A stretch of 64,000 bases of DNA. Origin: Phoronis australis. Taxonomy: Eukaryota > Animalia > Phoronida. Position numbers and translations under genes: made by a program. The notes below the pieces were generated by a model that did no database searches, was not told the origin of the DNA, and worked only from the letters and a program-made list of their open reading frames with translations. This document shows positions 62,701-64,000 of the stretch, piece by piece (within the stretch, counting starts at the first letter, position 1; every line of letters begins with the position of its first letter). The DNA lies in NCBI GenBank assembly GCA_002633005.1, contig NMRA01000953.1, positions 1 to 64,000 on the forward strand, given 5' to 3'.

Positions 62701-63967
62701 ACGAATTCGAGTTTAAAATTTTCTACTTCATCATTTCCCTTATTTTGTTTTCTTTTTCCAGTCGATAAATAAATTATCTCAAGGCAAGGAAAAACAGAAT
62801 TAGATATTGGCTTGAGCTGATGGCTCTTCCATACAATTGGGTGTTAATAATTATGGTATGGGTATCAAGTGTCAGTCTTTTCACATGACGTCATTGGCCA
62901 CACCACGTGATGTACATGTTAAGTCTGACAAAATCTCTATCGCGATGTAAGATCGAACTTGGGACATTATGATAAGACGCTCTTGTCCACTAAGCTACTG
63001 GAACCACCTGCCGATTACAGAAGTCGTCCTTGTAAGAAAATTTCCAAACACTTCTTACCGTACCATATGAACGCGATGAATGACAACAGGACAATCGTAT
63101 GCATTTACATGCATCAGCAAGTTTGAGTAAGATGCCTCCTATAACGTGGATTGTATTTCTGTGGTCGACGATTGGTCCCAGTACACTGTTAGCTCAATGG
63201 CCCAGAGCTTCTGCACAATTAGCAGGAAGTCACGAGTTCGAGGCTCAGTCAGAACAGACATTTTTTCAAAATTTATTATAGGTAACGCAATAAGACCAAT
63301 AAACATGTATTTCGTGTAAGGAAATCAATAATTCTTACTGATTGGCTCTTACAATTTAGAAAACGATGTTGGACTTTGAAATGTCTTTAAGTAATAACGA
63401 TACTTTATACCGACTGTTGTAGTACATGTATGTCAATGTGACAAGCGGCCTCAACTAGTTGACAGCAGAAAAGAGGTAGCTTATGTAACACTATGAATAG
63501 GTGAAGTATTACTTACAAAGTCACTGCAGTTGCAAAATTTGCAAAACACGACGCGCAGTTTATTTCTGCTCCAGTACTGGTTCCCTTCTTTACGTCATCA
63601 TCTTGTTCTTTTTTTGCCATTCGGAGCCACTCATTCTTTTTGACATCGAATACAGCTTCTTTGCGCTTCGTTAGTCCAACAGTGAAAGCACTTCCCGCAT
63701 TACCGCTCTTGCGGTCATAGTTGATATCTTTAATGAATTTATTTGAACAGGACTTGTTCAAATATATAGGGAAAATTTCTGAGAACACGTCCGCCTTAGA
63801 AAGCTTCTGGCTTTCCGTAGACCAGCTAGACGTTGCACTTCTCTTGCTTCGATGGTATTCACTTGTCCCGGTGTGATAGAATATGTCGACATTTTCAAAC
63901 ACGTCGACGAAACTGAAATTTGTACCTTTCACTATTTTATTACTGTATATTGCAACGACACCGTCGA
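47434..63967 (-). CDS. Multidomain protein: beta-rich N-region, Hedge-like 1, ComEC-type MBL fold, Hedge 2, peptidase M15A-like, C-terminal region (5'-partial)
   Basis: Exons 63517-~63967, 62581-62641, 62012-62252, 61537-61664, 61238-61317, 60948-61094, 60690-60836, 60246-60370, 59865-60098, 59759-59809, 58503-59423, 58136-58277, 56540-56748, 53067-53160, 51818-52566, 51019-51118, 50487-50656, 48861-49052, 47925-48115, 47434-47706 (TGA). All are GT-AG with compatible phases and an open frame (~1,570 aa). Confidence 0.85.
47925..48115 (-). CDS. Exon of Hedge/MBL/M15 gene
   Basis: tttcag|AG...AAG|gtaat. Translates ELLMTRYKPK...NPNPSLNLLEQFLAMSAVGEVNVYIEKDRDFSALRNVLK. Confidence 0.82.
48861..49052 (-). 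CDS. Exon of Hedge/MBL/M15 gene
   Basis: ttttag|GC...A|gtagg. Translates KIWEKKVASCLKFL...SVHSLACDTSLCLENTQIYSFL. Confidence 0.8.
49137..49565. mobile_element. MITE, PIF/Harbinger-like (~430 bp)
   Basis: TIR of ~60 bp: tgcccgaatgtatgaaacagtcccaaatagggactaagttc versus the reverse complement tggccggttgcatgaaactgtctcaaatagggactcaactaagttc. Flanked by CTG on both sides (3-bp target-site duplication). Confidence 0.7.
50487..50656 (-). CDS. Exon of Hedge/MBL/M15 gene
   Basis: tttcag|A...G|gtgaa. Translates LAFSKRIDFCKETLKDR...YLKECFVTNCGPGLGF. Confidence 0.78.
51019..51118 (-). CDS. Exon of Hedge/MBL/M15 gene
   Basis: ttttag|GT...AA|gtaac. Translates GSLIDPVNDGRACKEPKYGQKFYFISQPFSKK. Confidence 0.7.
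51818..52566 (-). CDS. Exon: end of Hedge domain 2 plus peptidase M15A-like (LAS fold) domain
   Basis: RAAKL...LSRLSSLAQCAGFDYV...IEVCVK resembles Hh RAVDI...LARLAVEAGFDWV...IHCSVK. It is followed by LSEHFLIEDF...LDVKLLECLE...SGYRT...N...GQAVEL...LGLG...LYVDL, resembling Peptidase_M15_3. Confidence 0.88.
53067..53160 (-). CDS. Exon, Hedge domain 2 core
   Basis: ttgcag|AC...AG|gtagg. TRTLQVQNAWKEPTSNSYVDKSESTLYTEGR resembles Hh [24 protein letters not shown]. Not reported in the ORF track. Confidence 0.88.
53740..56399. mobile_element. Non-autonomous DNA transposon (~2.66 kb) with long diverged TIRs, intronic
   Basis: The left end gagctctgatacgccgtaaaacgtaacaatttcgtaaaatgtaa... matches the reverse complement of the right end, gagctctcatacgccataaaatgtaataatttcgtaaatgtaac..., with similarity extending ~190 bp. 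No transposase ORF is evident. Confidence 0.7.
56540..56748 (-). CDS. Exon, Hedge domain 2 with Cys-rich insert
   Basis: tgctag|G...G|gtttat. LFYYYMNDVSFANGE-[ATSKWCGVEGAPCPDCRNADEDDDNMERC]-ADRMMSFRLAFRLRRLAFLTGQEW resembles Hh [42 protein letters not shown]. Confidence 0.88.
58136..58277 (-). CDS. Exon, start of Hedge domain 2
   Basis: cggcag|GT...AG|gtact. APITRDDERFHR resembles Hh GKITRNSERFKE. Confidence 0.85.
58503..59423 (-). CDS. Single exon encoding a ComEC/Rec2-type metallo-beta-lactamase fold domain (degenerate active site)
   Basis: LRVFDLPVGEGDATIIQCPNGDITLVDMGS resembles the family pattern VxFLDVGQGDAxLI...LIDxG. Also SGLVLKL...KMLFVGD, DVYKLGRHGS and FLSAVKPKVVITSG. 921 bp, phase 1-1. 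Confidence 0.88.
59759..59809 (-). CDS. Micro-exon (51 bp) linker
   Basis: ctgacag|AA...A|gtaag. Translates GIGGSYIVPPDEVAQL. Phase 1-1, so it can be skipped in frame; the preceding intron is only 55 bp. Confidence 0.55.
   Translation of the reverse strand, partial: KELGDRISFHQTKWPN
59865..60098 (-). CDS. Exon, second half of degenerate Hedge-like domain 1
   Basis: ttgtag|GT...A|gtgag. KLIVKNPLDPSDMVAEGRLVTLDV...MNKLSDLATCANFCNV...VTVGVQ resembles Hh KLRV...HYEGRAVDIT...LARLAVEAGFDWV...IHCSVK. Confidence 0.78.
60246..60370 (-). CDS. Exon, first half of degenerate Hedge-like domain 1
   Basis: gtttag|A...C|gtaag. Translates LMSLSEGNIVFTSSTPPMHPNMASMVLKFSKLIRKETGWEN. Confidence 0.75.
60690..62641 (-). 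CDS. Six exons of the beta-strand-rich N-terminal region (62581-62641, 62012-62252, 61537-61664, 61238-61317, 60948-61094, 60690-60836)
   Basis: Canonical splice sites and consistent phases. The peptides alternate hydrophobic and polar residues (FDVEASLSYTMSLTT, ELWLNASFEAS, VEFETAFKWTV, FNANLTLDMVWEM). Confidence 0.78.
62950..63008 (-). mobile_element. tRNA-derived SINE-like head (decayed)
   Basis: Minus strand ggtggttccagTAGCTTAGTGGacaagagcg...caaGTTCGATC gives an A-box/B-box layout. No complete cloverleaf. Confidence 0.4.
63188..63255 (+). mobile_element. tRNA-derived SINE-like head (decayed)
   Basis: gtTAGCTCAATGGcccagagc...gtcacgaGTTCGAGGCtcagtc gives A/B boxes with imperfect stems. 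Confidence 0.4.
63517..63967 (-). CDS. Most 5' visible exon of Hedge/MBL/M15 gene (acceptor uncertain, 63967 or 63942)
   Basis: 139-aa ORF with RSKR and INCASC. The donor TT|gtaagt is phase-matched to exon 62641. Confidence 0.78.
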
Positions 63968-64000
63968 CTAGTTAACTTAAGAAGGTGGTCGACAATCAAA

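Noticed and set aside
62950-63255. Functional tRNA genes
   Set aside because: A/B-box-like motifs are present but no complete cloverleaf; treated as SINE remnants.

Overview
Intron-rich eukaryotic DNA, most likely from a marine invertebrate (inferred from the domain repertoire, repeat types and frequent TACATGTA). It holds three head-to-tail minus-strand loci, which I assembled by hand from GT-AG sites and reading-frame phases. (1) 47434..>64000: a 20-exon, 5'-partial gene of about 1,570 aa in the window. Its architecture is unusual: a beta-rich N-region, a degenerate Hedgehog N-terminal (Hedge)-like domain, a ComEC/Rec2-type metallo-beta-lactamase (MBL) fold, a second Hedge domain with a Cys-rich insert, a peptidase-M15A-like domain, and a C-terminal region. 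No Hint/Hog domain is present, and the metal-binding residues are largely lost in all four enzyme-derived folds. (2) 40181..44102: a frameshifted, apparently internally deleted pseudogene paralogous to gene 3. (3) <1..37049: a giant secreted protein of about 2,200 aa in the window (3'-partial), with a signal peptide, WSC domain, F-type lectin with an intact fucose-binding motif, Cys-rich/EGF-like modules and many FnIII/Ig-like 'DxTPP...WxGFxDxESGI' repeats. Introns carry MITEs, a foldback element, a 2.7-kb element with long terminal inverted repeats (TIRs), tRNA-derived SINE-like heads and a HINE-like tandem array of 1.2-1.4 kb units. There are two N gaps and one likely assembly duplication. 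All domain assignments come from motif recognition by eye; no database search was run.
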